NCBI GenBank assembly: GCA_963422735.1
Contig: OY730476.1
Location: forward strand, 4,480,001-4,544,000
DNA: 64,000 bases
From: Candidatus Latescibacterota bacterium
GTDB lineage: Bacteria > Latescibacterota > UBA2968 > UBA8231
Direction of reading: 5' to 3'
Position 1 is the first letter of the stretch. Each line of letters starts with the position of its first letter. Position numbers and translations under genes: made by a program. Of the stretch, positions 45,892 through 55,282 are shown piece by piece. The notes under the pieces are model-generated. The model did no database searches and was not told the DNA's origin. It worked only from the letters and a program-made list of their open reading frames with translations.

Positions 45892-46860
45892 GTGCAATAC
45901 GGCAACGTACAAGGCATCAAAAAGAATATTTCGCGCTTGGTTCAAGGTTGCATCATGCTCAATCGCAGCCAAAAAGAAGAAGGCTTCGCCCTGCTCGACG
46001 CCGCTCGGCAGGCCGGCATCACCGCGTATGACACGGCCCACGGCTACGGCGGCGGGGAAGTAGATCGCATGCTCGGGCTGTGGATGGAGGAAAGGGGCAA
46101 CCGCGATGAAATCGTCATCATCGGCAAGGGTGCTCACCTCAATCAAGATCGCAATCGCGTCACTCCCTATGACATCGCCGCGGACATGGCCGACTCGCTA
46201 GTGCGCCTGCGCTCTGACTATATCGACCTCTACCTTTTGCACCGAGACGACCCGGCGGTCCCGGTCGGCCCTATCGTCGAGGCACTCAACGAGCATCACG
46301 CGGCCGGCCGCATCCACGCTTTCGGCGGCTCGAATTGGACGCCGGAACGCTTGGCCGAGGCTAACGAATACGCAGACAAACGCGGGCTCGTGCCCTTTGC
46401 GGCTTCCAGCCCGAACTTCAGCTTGGCGGATCAGATCGCCGAGCCGTGGAAAGATTGCCTGTCGATTGCCGGCCCAAGCCAAGCCGCCGCCCGCACGTGG
46501 TACGCCGAGCACGACATGCCGCTGTTTACTTGGTCGAGCGTGGCCCGCGGCTTCTTCTCGGGCAAAATTACCCGCGCCAGCGCCGAGCAAATGCGCGACC
46601 AATTCGATGGCTCCATGCCCAAATCGTACTACGGCGAAGACAATTTCAAGCGGCTCGACCGAGCGTGGGCACTAGCTGAAGAAAAGGGGCTGTCGGTGCC
46701 ACAGATCGCCTTGTCGTACGTGCTCAGCTACCCGCTCAATATATACGCCTTGGTCGGCAGCATGAGCGGCGATGAGATCGCGGCCAACGAGCAGGCTCTC
46801 GACAACCCGCTCACCGAGGCGGAGAGGGCGTGGCTAGATTTGCGGAGCGAGGAGCGCTAA
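45892..46860 (+). CDS. Aldo/keto reductase
   Basis: 'YDTAHGYGGG', 'GKGAH', 'DYIDLYLLHRDD', 'GGSNW'. Confidence 0.9.
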   Translation: MQYGNVQGIKKNISRLVQGCIMLNRSQKEEGFALLDAARQAGITAYDTAHGYGGGEVDRMLGLWMEERGNRDEIVIIGKGAHLNQDRNRVTPYDIAADMADSLVRLRSDYIDLYLLHRDDPAVPVGPIVEALNEHHAAGRIHAFGGSNWTPERLAEANEYADKRGLVPFAASSPNFSLADQIAEPWKDCLSIAGPSQAAARTWYAEHDMPLFTWSSVARGFFSGKITRASAEQMRDQFDGSMPKSYYGEDNFKRLDRAWALAEEKGLSVPQIALSYVLSYPLNIYALVGSMSGDEIAANEQALDNPLTEAERAWLDLRSEER

Positions 46861-48321
46861 ATGGCTAAGCGTCCCAATATCGTCGTCCTGATGTCCGACC
46901 AGCAACGGCTCGATACTGTCAGTTGCTATGGGCTTAACGAGGTGTGCCAGACGCCTCACATTGACGCCTTAGCCGCGCGCGGCATTCGCTTTGACTCGGC
47001 GTTCACGCCGACCGCGATCTGCTCGCCAGCCCGCGCATCCTTTTACACGGGCCTCTATCCGCACAAGCACGGGGTTACGGCCAATGGTCTGTGCCTGCGC
47101 GAGGGCGTACGCGGATTAAATCACTATCTGGCCGAGGTCGGCTACCGCTGTGGATACGCCGGCAAGTGGCACGTGGATGAGCAAACCGGCCCTACGGGAT
47201 ACGGGTTTGCGGGCCAGGATTTCATGGGCTACGCCTTTCCGGGGTCCGACTTGCTCCCGGGCCTGCAATTCGGAGCCAAACCGAGGGGACACAACCCGTA
47301 TGCCGATTATCTCAAGGAACGCGGCTTCGACCCACCGCCGCCGGTGTCGCACCGCTTTGTCGGCACTAACCCCTCGAACCAGGCTCAGGAGATGTTCGCA
47401 TTGCACGAGGGGCCGATCGAGTCGTGCATTGAGTATTTCGTCGCCGAGGAAGCCATTCGCGTCCTCGACGAAGTGGCTACCGATGAGCAACCCTTTTTCC
47501 TCTGGGCCAACTTCTGGGGGCCGCACAGCCCCTCGCTGGTTCCAGAGCCGTACTTTTCCATGTACGATCCAAAGGCTATTCCCGAACACCCCGGCTACGC
47601 CGAGACCTTCGACAAAAAACCCTATCGCCAGCAGTTAATCGAGAGGCTGTGGGGGTTGGGCGATTATGGTTGGGAGGGGTTTCAGGAAATTGCCGCCCGC
47701 TACTTTGGGCATTGTACGCTTATCGACGACATGGTTGGCCGGATGGTGGCCCACTTGGAACAACTGGGCGTCCTCGACGACACCATTATCGTCTATACCT
47801 CGGATCACGGAGACTGCCTTGGTGCGCACAAGCTGATCGAGAAGGGCGAGTTTATGTACGACGAGATCTACCGCATCCCGCTCGTCATCGCCCACCCCAA
47901 CTGCCAAGCTCCGGGCACGGCCTGCGACGAATTCGTCTATTTGCACGAAATTATGCTCTCGGTGCTCGACGCCGCCGGTCTCGAAGTTTCCCCGGACCTC
48001 GACGGCCAGTCCTTTCTCCCGGCCATAAAGGGCCATCCGTTTGCGAACGGTCGCGAGGAAGTTTACTGCGTATTCGACCGCCATTTTACGGTCGCCAACC
48101 AGCGCATGGTCCGCACCCGCACCCATCAGTTTACCTTTAATTCGGGCGACCCGGGCGAGCTATACGACTTGCAACGCGACCCCTATCAGCTCGACAACGT
48201 GTACGGCGACTCTGCGTACGAGGCCGTGCGCCAAGACCTTATGGGGCGGATGGAACGCTATATGGAGGAATTGAGCGACCCGTTGGGCGGATGGTTTGGG
48301 CGGATTAAGGGCGCGTATTAA
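46861..48321 (+). CDS. Cys-type sulfatase (no signal peptide)
   Basis: 'RPNIVVLMSDQ', 'CSPARASFYTG', 'GKWH', 'TSDHG', 'ELYDLQRDP'. Confidence 0.92.
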   Translation: MAKRPNIVVLMSDQQRLDTVSCYGLNEVCQTPHIDALAARGIRFDSAFTPTAICSPARASFYTGLYPHKHGVTANGLCLREGVRGLNHYLAEVGYRCGYAGKWHVDEQTGPTGYGFAGQDFMGYAFPGSDLLPGLQFGAKPRGHNPYADYLKERGFDPPPPVSHRFVGTNPSNQAQEMFALHEGPIESCIEYFVAEEAIRVLDEVATDEQPFFLWANFWGPHSPSLVPEPYFSMYDPKAIPEHPGYAETFDKKPYRQQLIERLWGLGDYGWEGFQEIAARYFGHCTLIDDMVGRMVAHLEQLGVLDDTIIVYTSDHGDCLGAHKLIEKGEFMYDEIYRIPLVIAHPNCQAPGTACDEFVYLHEIMLSVLDAAGLEVSPDLDGQSFLPAIKGHPFANGREEVYCVFDRHFTVANQRMVRTRTHQFTFNSGDPGELYDLQRDPYQLDNVYGDSAYEAVRQDLMGRMERYMEELSDPLGGWFGRIKGAY

Positions 48322-48398
48322 ATTGCCGAGGAAACTCTCGTAAAGTTAGGCGGTCTCTTTCCGCAGAGTACACCCCAAGTACCCTTAGGAGGTGCCAG

Positions 48399-49679
48399 AT
48401 GGAAATGTTCCTGATCCTCGCCCTAGTTTTCGCTGTGTTACTCGTCGTGGTGATCGTCATCGTTCGGACGAACCTCTTTATCTGCCAGCCCAACGCGGTC
48501 ATCATCTTCTCGGGCCGCAAACGCCAGACATCTGACGGTCGTGCGGTGGGTTATCGCGTGATCAAGGGAGGCCGCGCCTTTCGCATCCCACTCCTCGAAA
48601 AGGTTGATCGCCTCGACTTGCGCACGATTCCCCTCGAAGTATCGATCACGAACGCGTACTCCAAAGGCGGCATCCCGCTGTCGGTGCAAGGCATCGCCAA
48701 CATCAAGATTGCCGGCGACGAGCCGCTGCTCGGCAACGCGCTAGAGCGCTTCTTGGGCATCCAGCTCACCGAAGTCCAAGACATTGCCAAAGATACCCTC
48801 GAAGGCAACCTGCGCGGCGTCCTCGCCACGCTGACCCCGGAAGAAGTCAACGAGGACCGCCTCAAATTTGCCCAATCGCTCATCGGCGAGGCGGACGTCG
48901 ATCTGCAGAAGTTGGGCTTGGTGCTCGACACGCTCAAGATCCAGAATGTCTCCGACGAGGTAGGCTATCTCGACGCTATCGGCCGCAAGAGCACTGCTGC
49001 GGTCCTCAAGGAAGCCGAAATCGCCGAGGCCGAAAACCGCGCCGAATCACAGGAGAAATCCGCCGACGCCCGTCGCCGCGGCGAAGTCGCCGACGCCGAG
49101 GCCCAAGTCCAGATCGTCGATGCGCAAAACTTGCTCCGCGTCCGCAAAGCCGAGTTAGAAGGCGAGGGCTTGGCCGCGGAGAAGCGCGCTGTGCAGATTG
49201 CCCGCAAAGCCGAAGTCCAGGCCGAGCAGCAGGTCGAGCAGGAGCGCCTAGCGCTGCAAAAGCGCCGGCTCGAAATTGAAGTCATTGAGCCGGCCCGCGC
49301 CGATCGCGACGCGGCCGAGTTGCGCGCTAAGGGCGAGGCAGCCAACATCCTCGAAAACGGCCTCGCCGAGATCGAGGTACTCAAACAGAAGAACGAAGTC
49401 TGGACCATTGCTGGCCCCAATGGCAAGGAGTTGTTGTTGATCCAGATGCTGCCGAACTTGGTCGAGCAAATCACCGCCATGGCCAAGGACATCAAAATTG
49501 ACCACCTCGCCGTCGTCGATTCCGGCAACGGCGGTCAGAGTGGCCTGCCGGCGGTCGTCAACCAGATCGGGGCGCTGGCCCCTGCGCTTTTCGAGAGCAT
49601 CAAGGCCACCACCGGCGTCGATTTAGCCTCGGTCATCGGCGAGAAGGCCGACGGCCAGATCCCGGCGCAGGAAGGGTAG
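48399..49679 (+). CDS. Flotillin-family SPFH protein
   Basis: N-terminal TM, 'AYSKGGIPLSVQGIANIKI', 'TLEGNLRGVLATLTPEEVNEDR', AE-rich coiled coil. Confidence 0.9.
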   Translation: MEMFLILALVFAVLLVVVIVIVRTNLFICQPNAVIIFSGRKRQTSDGRAVGYRVIKGGRAFRIPLLEKVDRLDLRTIPLEVSITNAYSKGGIPLSVQGIANIKIAGDEPLLGNALERFLGIQLTEVQDIAKDTLEGNLRGVLATLTPEEVNEDRLKFAQSLIGEADVDLQKLGLVLDTLKIQNVSDEVGYLDAIGRKSTAAVLKEAEIAEAENRAESQEKSADARRRGEVADAEAQVQIVDAQNLLRVRKAELEGEGLAAEKRAVQIARKAEVQAEQQVEQERLALQKRRLEIEVIEPARADRDAAELRAKGEAANILENGLAEIEVLKQKNEVWTIAGPNGKELLLIQMLPNLVEQITAMAKDIKIDHLAVVDSGNGGQSGLPAVVNQIGALAPALFESIKATTGVDLASVIGEKADGQIPAQEG

Positions 49680-49680
49680 C

Positions 49681-50181
49681 GTGGATCTCTTTTACCTCTA
49701 CTTGAGCTGCTTGATCGTCGGGGGGATCGCCGTCGGGGCCTCGCTGTTTGGAGGGGACGGCGATGGCTTGGACGACGGCCTGCAGGCACTGGCTGTTTTG
49801 CGGCTGCGGCTGTTCTTCTTTTTTGCCTTCTTCTTCGGACTGGCCGGGATGCTCGGCAGCCTGCTGATGGGGTCGGGTGCTGCGTTGTTCACGGCATTAG
49901 GTAGCGGTGTAGTCTGTTCCTTCTTGGGCGACTGGACGCTGAATCGGTTGAGCAGATCAAGCGCCGACAGTTCGTTGGCGGGCGACGACTTAATCGGCCT
50001 TGAAGCCGAAGTCACCGTCCCCATCGCCAGTGGCGGCACCGGCAAAATTTCCGCTACCGTTCAAGGCCGCACCATCGAACTATTGGCGCGCCGGGCCGAC
50101 GCTCAAGGCCTACTCAACTCCGGGGACCGGGTCTTGGTCATCGAAGTCCACGACGGCGTCGCCGTCGTCGCTCCGAGCTAG
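49681..50181 (+). CDS. Short NfeD-like membrane protein
   Basis: Hydrophobic N-terminus and OB-fold tail 'LIGLEAEVTVPI...GKI...GDRVLVIEV'; adjacent to flotillin. Confidence 0.8.
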   Translation: MDLFYLYLSCLIVGGIAVGASLFGGDGDGLDDGLQALAVLRLRLFFFFAFFFGLAGMLGSLLMGSGAALFTALGSGVVCSFLGDWTLNRLSRSSADSSLAGDDLIGLEAEVTVPIASGGTGKISATVQGRTIELLARRADAQGLLNSGDRVLVIEVHDGVAVVAPS

Positions 50182-50188
50182 CGCTACT

Positions 50189-51526
50189 CTACCCCCCAAA
50201 GCGGCAGACGATTTCGTAGATCACCTGCGTTGCAAAGAGCAGTTCTTCCACGGAGATGCGCTCGTCGTGGGCGTGGATTAGGGCCATCTCCTCCTCGCCT
50301 GGCGGCTGCCGATAGGGCATAAAGCCGTAGATCTGGGTTTCGGGACGGCGCGGCACAATGTGCTTGGCGTCGGTGCCGGCCGGCATCAGATAGGGGAGGA
50401 CTGGCGCGTTTGGCTCGCGCTTCTGCATCACTTCGGCGATCGTGCGGAAAAGCAGGGTGTCGGACGACGCCTCCAAGGGTGGTGTGTACTGATCGATCTC
50501 GATGACGACCTCATCGCCGACAAATGTGCGCAGCTCGGCCGCGAAACTCTCTGCCGTCTGACCGGGCACTAAGCGCCCATCGATCCAAGCAGTTGCCTCC
50601 CCTGGAATCACGTTGATCTTGGAACCGGCCTGCATCATGGTCGGCGAGGCCGTGTTGTGCAGCACTGCTCCCAACTCGCGGCGCAAGGTGCGGCCAATGG
50701 GCAGGTCGCGCAGCGCGGCATCTGCGGTCGCCGGGTCGAGGACTTGCTGCCAAAGGGCGGCTTCGGCGGCTGGACAGCGGCTGGCAATTCCCTCTATAAA
50801 GCGGCGTACGCTCGCGGACACGTGCGCGGGAAACACGGCTCCTTGCAAGCCAGCTAGTGCTCTGGACAGCTTGACGATCGCGCTGTCGCCGTGTGGCATG
50901 GAGCCGTGCCCGGGCGTTCCGCGGCCGATCAGGCGCAGCCGGCACAGTCCCTTTTGCCCGGTCTGGCAGGTGTAAAACCGCTGCTCGCCAACCGCGAAGT
51001 CGCTGCCGCCGCCTTCGGTGATAATCAAGGGTGCGTCCCACAGTTCCGGTCGATTGTCGATAATCCACCCCGGCCCGTGATTGCCTTTGCCGGCCTCCTC
51101 GTCGGCGGTGGCGGCGAAGACGATGTCGCGGTTGAGTTGGACGCCTTCCCGCTGCAACAACAGCAACACCATCAAATTCGCCGCGACCATGTTCTTCATA
51201 TCCAACGCGCCTCGCCCCCACACGCAGCCGTCGGCCAGTGCGCCGGAAAAAGGCGGATGCGTCCAGTGTTCAGGCTCGGCGGCCACCACATCTGTATGCC
51301 CCAATAGCATGAGCGGCGGCTCGTCGCCGCCGGTCAGTCGCGCGAGAACATTGCCCCGCCCAGGCGCGGACTCGACGAAGATCGGGTCAAAGCCCTCTCG
51401 CCGCAGTACGCCTTTGAGATAGCACGCGGCCTCGCTTTCGTTGCCCGGGGGGTTGGTGGTGTCGATGCGGATGAGGGCCTGCAAATGCCCGGTCACTTCG
51501 GTGCGCACAGCTTCCCAGTCGATCAC
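50189..51526 (-). CDS. M20/M25/M40 metallopeptidase (ArgE/DapE-like)
   Basis: 'TTNPPGNE', 'GHTDVV', 'GRGALDMK', 'ADEEAG', 'GTDAK', 'HAHDERI'. Confidence 0.9.
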   Translation of the reverse strand: MIDWEAVRTEVTGHLQALIRIDTTNPPGNESEAACYLKGVLRREGFDPIFVESAPGRGNVLARLTGGDEPPLMLLGHTDVVAAEPEHWTHPPFSGALADGCVWGRGALDMKNMVAANLMVLLLLQREGVQLNRDIVFAATADEEAGKGNHGPGWIIDNRPELWDAPLIITEGGGSDFAVGEQRFYTCQTGQKGLCRLRLIGRGTPGHGSMPHGDSAIVKLSRALAGLQGAVFPAHVSASVRRFIEGIASRCPAAEAALWQQVLDPATADAALRDLPIGRTLRRELGAVLHNTASPTMMQAGSKINVIPGEATAWIDGRLVPGQTAESFAAELRTFVGDEVVIEIDQYTPPLEASSDTLLFRTIAEVMQKREPNAPVLPYLMPAGTDAKHIVPRRPETQIYGFMPYRQPPGEEEMALIHAHDERISVEELLFATQVIYEIVCRFGG

Positions 51527-51608
51527 AATGGTTCCTTTCGGTTTGCTAGAAGCTATTCATACATCCTGCACTACATATTCACGGTCGCGAGTTGACCAAC
51601 AGCAGCCA

Positions 51609-51932
51609 TCAACCGGAATCAGCCGTTGCCAGCCGGAAAATCTCCAACGGTACTGCTACCAACAGAGGCTGAGCGGCCCCCGTGCCAAAGACGGCGGGTA
51701 CTATGAACTCTTCGCCCTCTAATCTCATCCAAGTTTGACCGATTTCCCGCTCTATCCTGCTGCCGTCGGCAAGTATAAAATTGGCTCTGCTGAGAGGGAC
51801 AACTCCCAATCTTCGCAGAAGGGGTTCAGGCAGCACGGTGTAGGTTGCGCCAGAATCTACCAGCGCACTAACGGCCTCAAAATGCCGTTCTTGGGGATCG
51901 CCTATTTCCCGCTCAATCTGAAAGATTCCCAT
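51609..51932 (-). pseudogene. Small clan-AA aspartyl protease, 3' end damaged
   Basis: GAGGAG RBS; 'ALVDSGATYTVLP', 'LADGS'; usual LLG reads 'LLV' and the tail 'QRLIPVDG' lies out of frame. Confidence 0.65.
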
Positions 51933-52121
51933 CTGCTTGACTCCTCTTGCCAAATTATAAGGACAGGTACATAGGCTGCAATAACGGCACGGACTTCGGC
52001 CAATTTCGCGCAACGCCTGCCAATTTTTCTAGGCCGCGCTGACAGTATGGGCAGTGCCCCTTTTGTACTAAAAAATTCTCAACTCTATGTATAACAACGA
52101 GATGTGTAAAATTCTAAAATG

Positions 52122-52138
52122 TTGGCACGGCTTTTGCA
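52122..52138 (+). promoter_or_regulatory. sigma54 (-24/-12) promoter of hsp20
   Basis: TTGGCACGGCTTTTGCA, matching TGGCAC-N5-TTGCA with GG-N10-GC spacing. Confidence 0.8.
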
Positions 52139-52191
52139 CTTATGAGCAAAGGCCATACGAACTAACCACCACTTAACAAGGAGAAAAAATC

Positions 52192-52653
52192 ATGGCCGTC
52201 AAAACCTTAGTACCTAGCGCTCGCGTCAGCAATCGCCCGTGGCGCAGCCCGTTCGATCACCTCTTCGATGCCTTCTTTGGCGAGGACTCGCGCCTGCCCG
52301 TTTTGGCTGGCAACGCGGCTTTCACCCCTCGCATCGACGTCAAGGAAGACGACGTCTCCTACGAAATCTCGGCCGAACTGCCGGGGTTGGAGGAGAAGGA
52401 CATTGAGCTTTCCGTCTCCGACGGATCCCTCGTGCTGCGAGGCGAAAAGAGCGACGCGAGGGAGGCGAAGGAAGGCAAGTACTACCGCGAGGAGCGCATC
52501 TACGGTCGCTTTGAGCGCGCCTTCCACCTTCCCGATGGAGTAGAGGCAGACAAGATCGAAGCCAAGTTCAAGAACGGCGTCTTGGCAATCACCCTGCCCA
52601 AAAAGGAGGAGGCGAAAGAGGTCGTCCGCCAGGTGGAAGTCAAGGCCGGGTAA
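52192..52653 (+). CDS. Hsp20/alpha-crystallin small heat-shock protein
   Basis: 'PRIDVKE', 'AELPG', 'ERIYGRFERAF.LP', 'IEAKFKNGVL.ITLPK'; AAGGAG RBS. Confidence 0.95.
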   Translation: MAVKTLVPSARVSNRPWRSPFDHLFDAFFGEDSRLPVLAGNAAFTPRIDVKEDDVSYEISAELPGLEEKDIELSVSDGSLVLRGEKSDAREAKEGKYYREERIYGRFERAFHLPDGVEADKIEAKFKNGVLAITLPKKEEAKEVVRQVEVKAG

Positions 52654-52702
52654 AGACCGACTAGTTGTTCACTAAGCCGGAGTTAAGGACGGCTGAACAC
52701 CG

Positions 52703-52733
52703 AGGGGAAGGGCATTAGCCCTTCCCCTTTTTT
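52703..52733 (+). terminator. Rho-independent terminator
   Basis: AGGGGAAGGGC-ATTA-GCCCTTCCCCT then TTTTT. Confidence 0.85.
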
Positions 52734-52835
52734 ATCTACACCGAGTAAACTCGATAACTCTGAAACAAACAAAGGTATTTGTACCGGAACCTTTTTAACT
52801 CCTAATAAGAGGGCTTTTGTAAGCTGTGGTGGCCT

Positions 52836-53366
52836 CTATGTATGGCGGCTACGGCTTTGAACCTTCGATACGAGCCACCACCCTACTGCATCGAGACAGA
52901 AAACAACTATGAGGGCAACAGCCGGGCCAAACCAAGTATGTTCTTTGGGCGCGGTCCATGCGAAAATATAGATAAATCCCAGCAGATAACACACCGCATC
53001 CATCCGCTTCCGCGCCAATGGAGCCGCAAGATACATGCAGGCGTACGTGCTGGACGCAATCCATGTCCATGAAAATAGCCACGGTGTCCGGCCATAGAAG
53101 GGAATGCTGATGAGCGCGTAGCCTGTCCAATCGGTCGGAAACAGATCAAAGGCATGGTGGACGGAAAAAGCGATGCTGACGCCCATCGCAAACGCATTCC
53201 AAAGCGAACCCTTAGGAGATATCAGAATCCACAGTATAAGGGGGATGAGCGGACTGTGCGTGATGATAGAGCGGTGAAGTAGCAGATATTGGTCGATGTC
53301 TGGCAGGATGATCCCGCAATGAAGTCCTAGTGCAACAAACATCGGGGTCAAGACAGCACGTAACAT
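52836..53366 (-). CDS. Membrane protein, YdjM-like metal-dependent hydrolase
   Basis: 'LPDID', 'HRSIITHS', 'HHAFD', several TM helices. Confidence 0.65.
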   Translation of the reverse strand: MLRAVLTPMFVALGLHCGIILPDIDQYLLLHRSIITHSPLIPLILWILISPKGSLWNAFAMGVSIAFSVHHAFDLFPTDWTGYALISIPFYGRTPWLFSWTWIASSTYACMYLAAPLARKRMDAVCYLLGFIYIFAWTAPKEHTWFGPAVALIVVFCLDAVGWWLVSKVQSRSRHT

Positions 53367-53415
53367 TTGATTCCCTTCGATTGGCGCGGTATCACTTGGC
53401 GGCTCAGGATTGCGC

Positions 53416-53752
53416 CTAGGCCACCGAAGGCCGGTTGAGATTTCTCGTCCGTTGGTTATGGCTCAAATCCAGTTTTTCTAAGTTGGTCAAGTTTCCTAGA
53501 GCAGCCGGTAGAGAACCTGTCAGTTCATTATAGGCCAGATGATGTTTCTCATGTCGGCTTGCAGCAAAATCCCAAGTTCCCATAGCGCACGCAAAATTTC
53601 GGCTAGGTTGACGCAATCTACCCCGTTTTCCCGGCAGTCAACTTTTCAAGAGCATCGGTCATCAACACCTGCGAGTCGGCATAAAGCCCCGCATCAATCA
53701 GGGCATTCACCTCTTTTTCAAGGGCAGGTGCGTGAATTTTAATCTGGAGCAT
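53416..53752 (-). pseudogene. Mosaic of remnants: antitoxin-like N-terminus, possible PIN-toxin C-terminal piece, and leucine-rich-repeat fragment
   Basis: AAGGAG + MLQIKIHAPALEKEVNALIDAGLYADSQ...(53752-53618); 'CRENGVDCVNLAEILRALWELGIL'; 'LAYNELTGSLPAALGNLTNLEKLDLSHNQ'. Confidence 0.55.
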
Positions 53753-53919
53753 GGCTATCTCTCCTTGCTGGGGCAATACTGAGGTTGGATGCGTCAATTT
53801 TCCAGAAATACCAGAAATATATTCATATCATACGTCCTTGCGGCGACGGTCTCAAAGAGTCCGGCGATGGAGCAGACCCGGCCTGAACAACCCGAAAGTA
53901 CTGCATCTTTACGGTAAAA

Positions 53920-55263
53920 TCAGCACATGGCGTCCTGCTCGCGCCGCAGTTGCAACGCGAGCGAATCCGGCAAATCGACCATGGCGTAGCTGATCGCCGC
54001 GCCTTGCCGCACATCTTGCTTGAGCACGGCCCCCCCCGACAGCCCTAAAGGCAACAGCCCCTCTTGGCGCGCCACGGTCGCCTTTTCGCTCTGCCCCAAT
54101 ACGGTGTAGCCGCCCCCGCCGTCGAGGGTCTCTCCGGCTTTGAGATCTCGCTTGGCCACGGCCACCACATCGGCTGTGGGCACGGAGCGCGGGGCACCGG
54201 TTGGCAGGCCATAGAGCGCGACTTTGGCGATGGTGATCGGGGCTTCAACCGCCACCAAGTGATAGGGGCGGTAGAGGAGGAAGTTTTTGCCGTCGCCGCC
54301 CGGATGCAGGTGGTAGGTGGCGAGGTCTTCTATTGTAAAGGTGTGCTCGCTGCGGACGACGACAAAGACGCCCATCTGTAGCGAGTCGTCGAGCAGGGTC
54401 TTGCCATCCTCGGCGACGCTGTTGGCTAGCTCGACGACCCCGCGCTGGCTCAGCAGCCCTCCTTCGGCGACCAAGCTGAATTTTCGTGGGATATCCGCCA
54501 AATTGCACGACGGCTCGTGCATCCCCCTTACATCGGGGGCTAGCCCGGCCATGTTGGCGATAGCCGTGGCCTCGACTTGGGCTTTGGTGCCGTCGCGGAA
54601 GGAGTTATACATCTTTAAGCTGATGTTGCGCCGCTGCAAGGTCTCCGCATCAAAGCCAAACCGCGCCGCCGTGTTGTCGGGGGTGCCTTGGGGATCGTCG
54701 GCAAAGAGGATAGTGCCGCGGCCCGCAGCCACTACTTCCAAGCCGAGGGACCACGCCCATTCGATTATGTTCATGGTCACCCCAGGCTGATCGCCATCGA
54801 CGAGCGAGTAGATCGCACCCGCACTGTCGGCCTTGCGCTTGAGCAGCGCGCCGATTGTCGCGTCTGTTTCCACATTGACCATCACGAGGTGGTTGCCGCT
54901 GGCGATGGCCGCGCTGGCCATGTTGGCCCCGACCGAGGTCGAGCCGGTCGCCTCCACCACTACGTCTAAATTCTCGGCCTGCGCGACCAACAGCCCGTCT
55001 TCAACGGCGGTGAATTTTCCCGCTTGAATAGCCTCTGCCAGTGCCTGCGGGCTATCCGCCGTTCCCACCGCAACATCCCCGTACCCCGCCGCGTAGGCGT
55101 AGCGGGCACGCGCTAGGTCAATGTCGGCAATGGCCGAGACGACCATGCCCTGCATCTGGGCAATCTGCGCGACCAACCCCCCGCCGAATTTTCCCGCGCC
55201 GATGATACCGACCCGGATGGGCTTGCCTTGCCGCTCGCGGTCGGCAAGCAATGCGCTGAGCAT
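53920..55263 (-). CDS. NAD(P)-dependent oxidoreductase with C-terminal SAF domain (COG4091-like)
   Basis: 'IRVGIIGAGKFG', 'MVNVETD', 'DGDQPG', 'DGTK', 'LYRPYHL', 'AKRDLKAGETLDGGGGY'. Confidence 0.85.
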   Translation of the reverse strand: MLSALLADRERQGKPIRVGIIGAGKFGGGLVAQIAQMQGMVVSAIADIDLARARYAYAAGYGDVAVGTADSPQALAEAIQAGKFTAVEDGLLVAQAENLDVVVEATGSTSVGANMASAAIASGNHLVMVNVETDATIGALLKRKADSAGAIYSLVDGDQPGVTMNIIEWAWSLGLEVVAAGRGTILFADDPQGTPDNTAARFGFDAETLQRRNISLKMYNSFRDGTKAQVEATAIANMAGLAPDVRGMHEPSCNLADIPRKFSLVAEGGLLSQRGVVELANSVAEDGKTLLDDSLQMGVFVVVRSEHTFTIEDLATYHLHPGGDGKNFLLYRPYHLVAVEAPITIAKVALYGLPTGAPRSVPTADVVAVAKRDLKAGETLDGGGGYTVLGQSEKATVARQEGLLPLGLSGGAVLKQDVRQGAAISYAMVDLPDSLALQLRREQDAMC

Positions 55264-55282
55264 GTATTCCTCCTCGCGTTGT

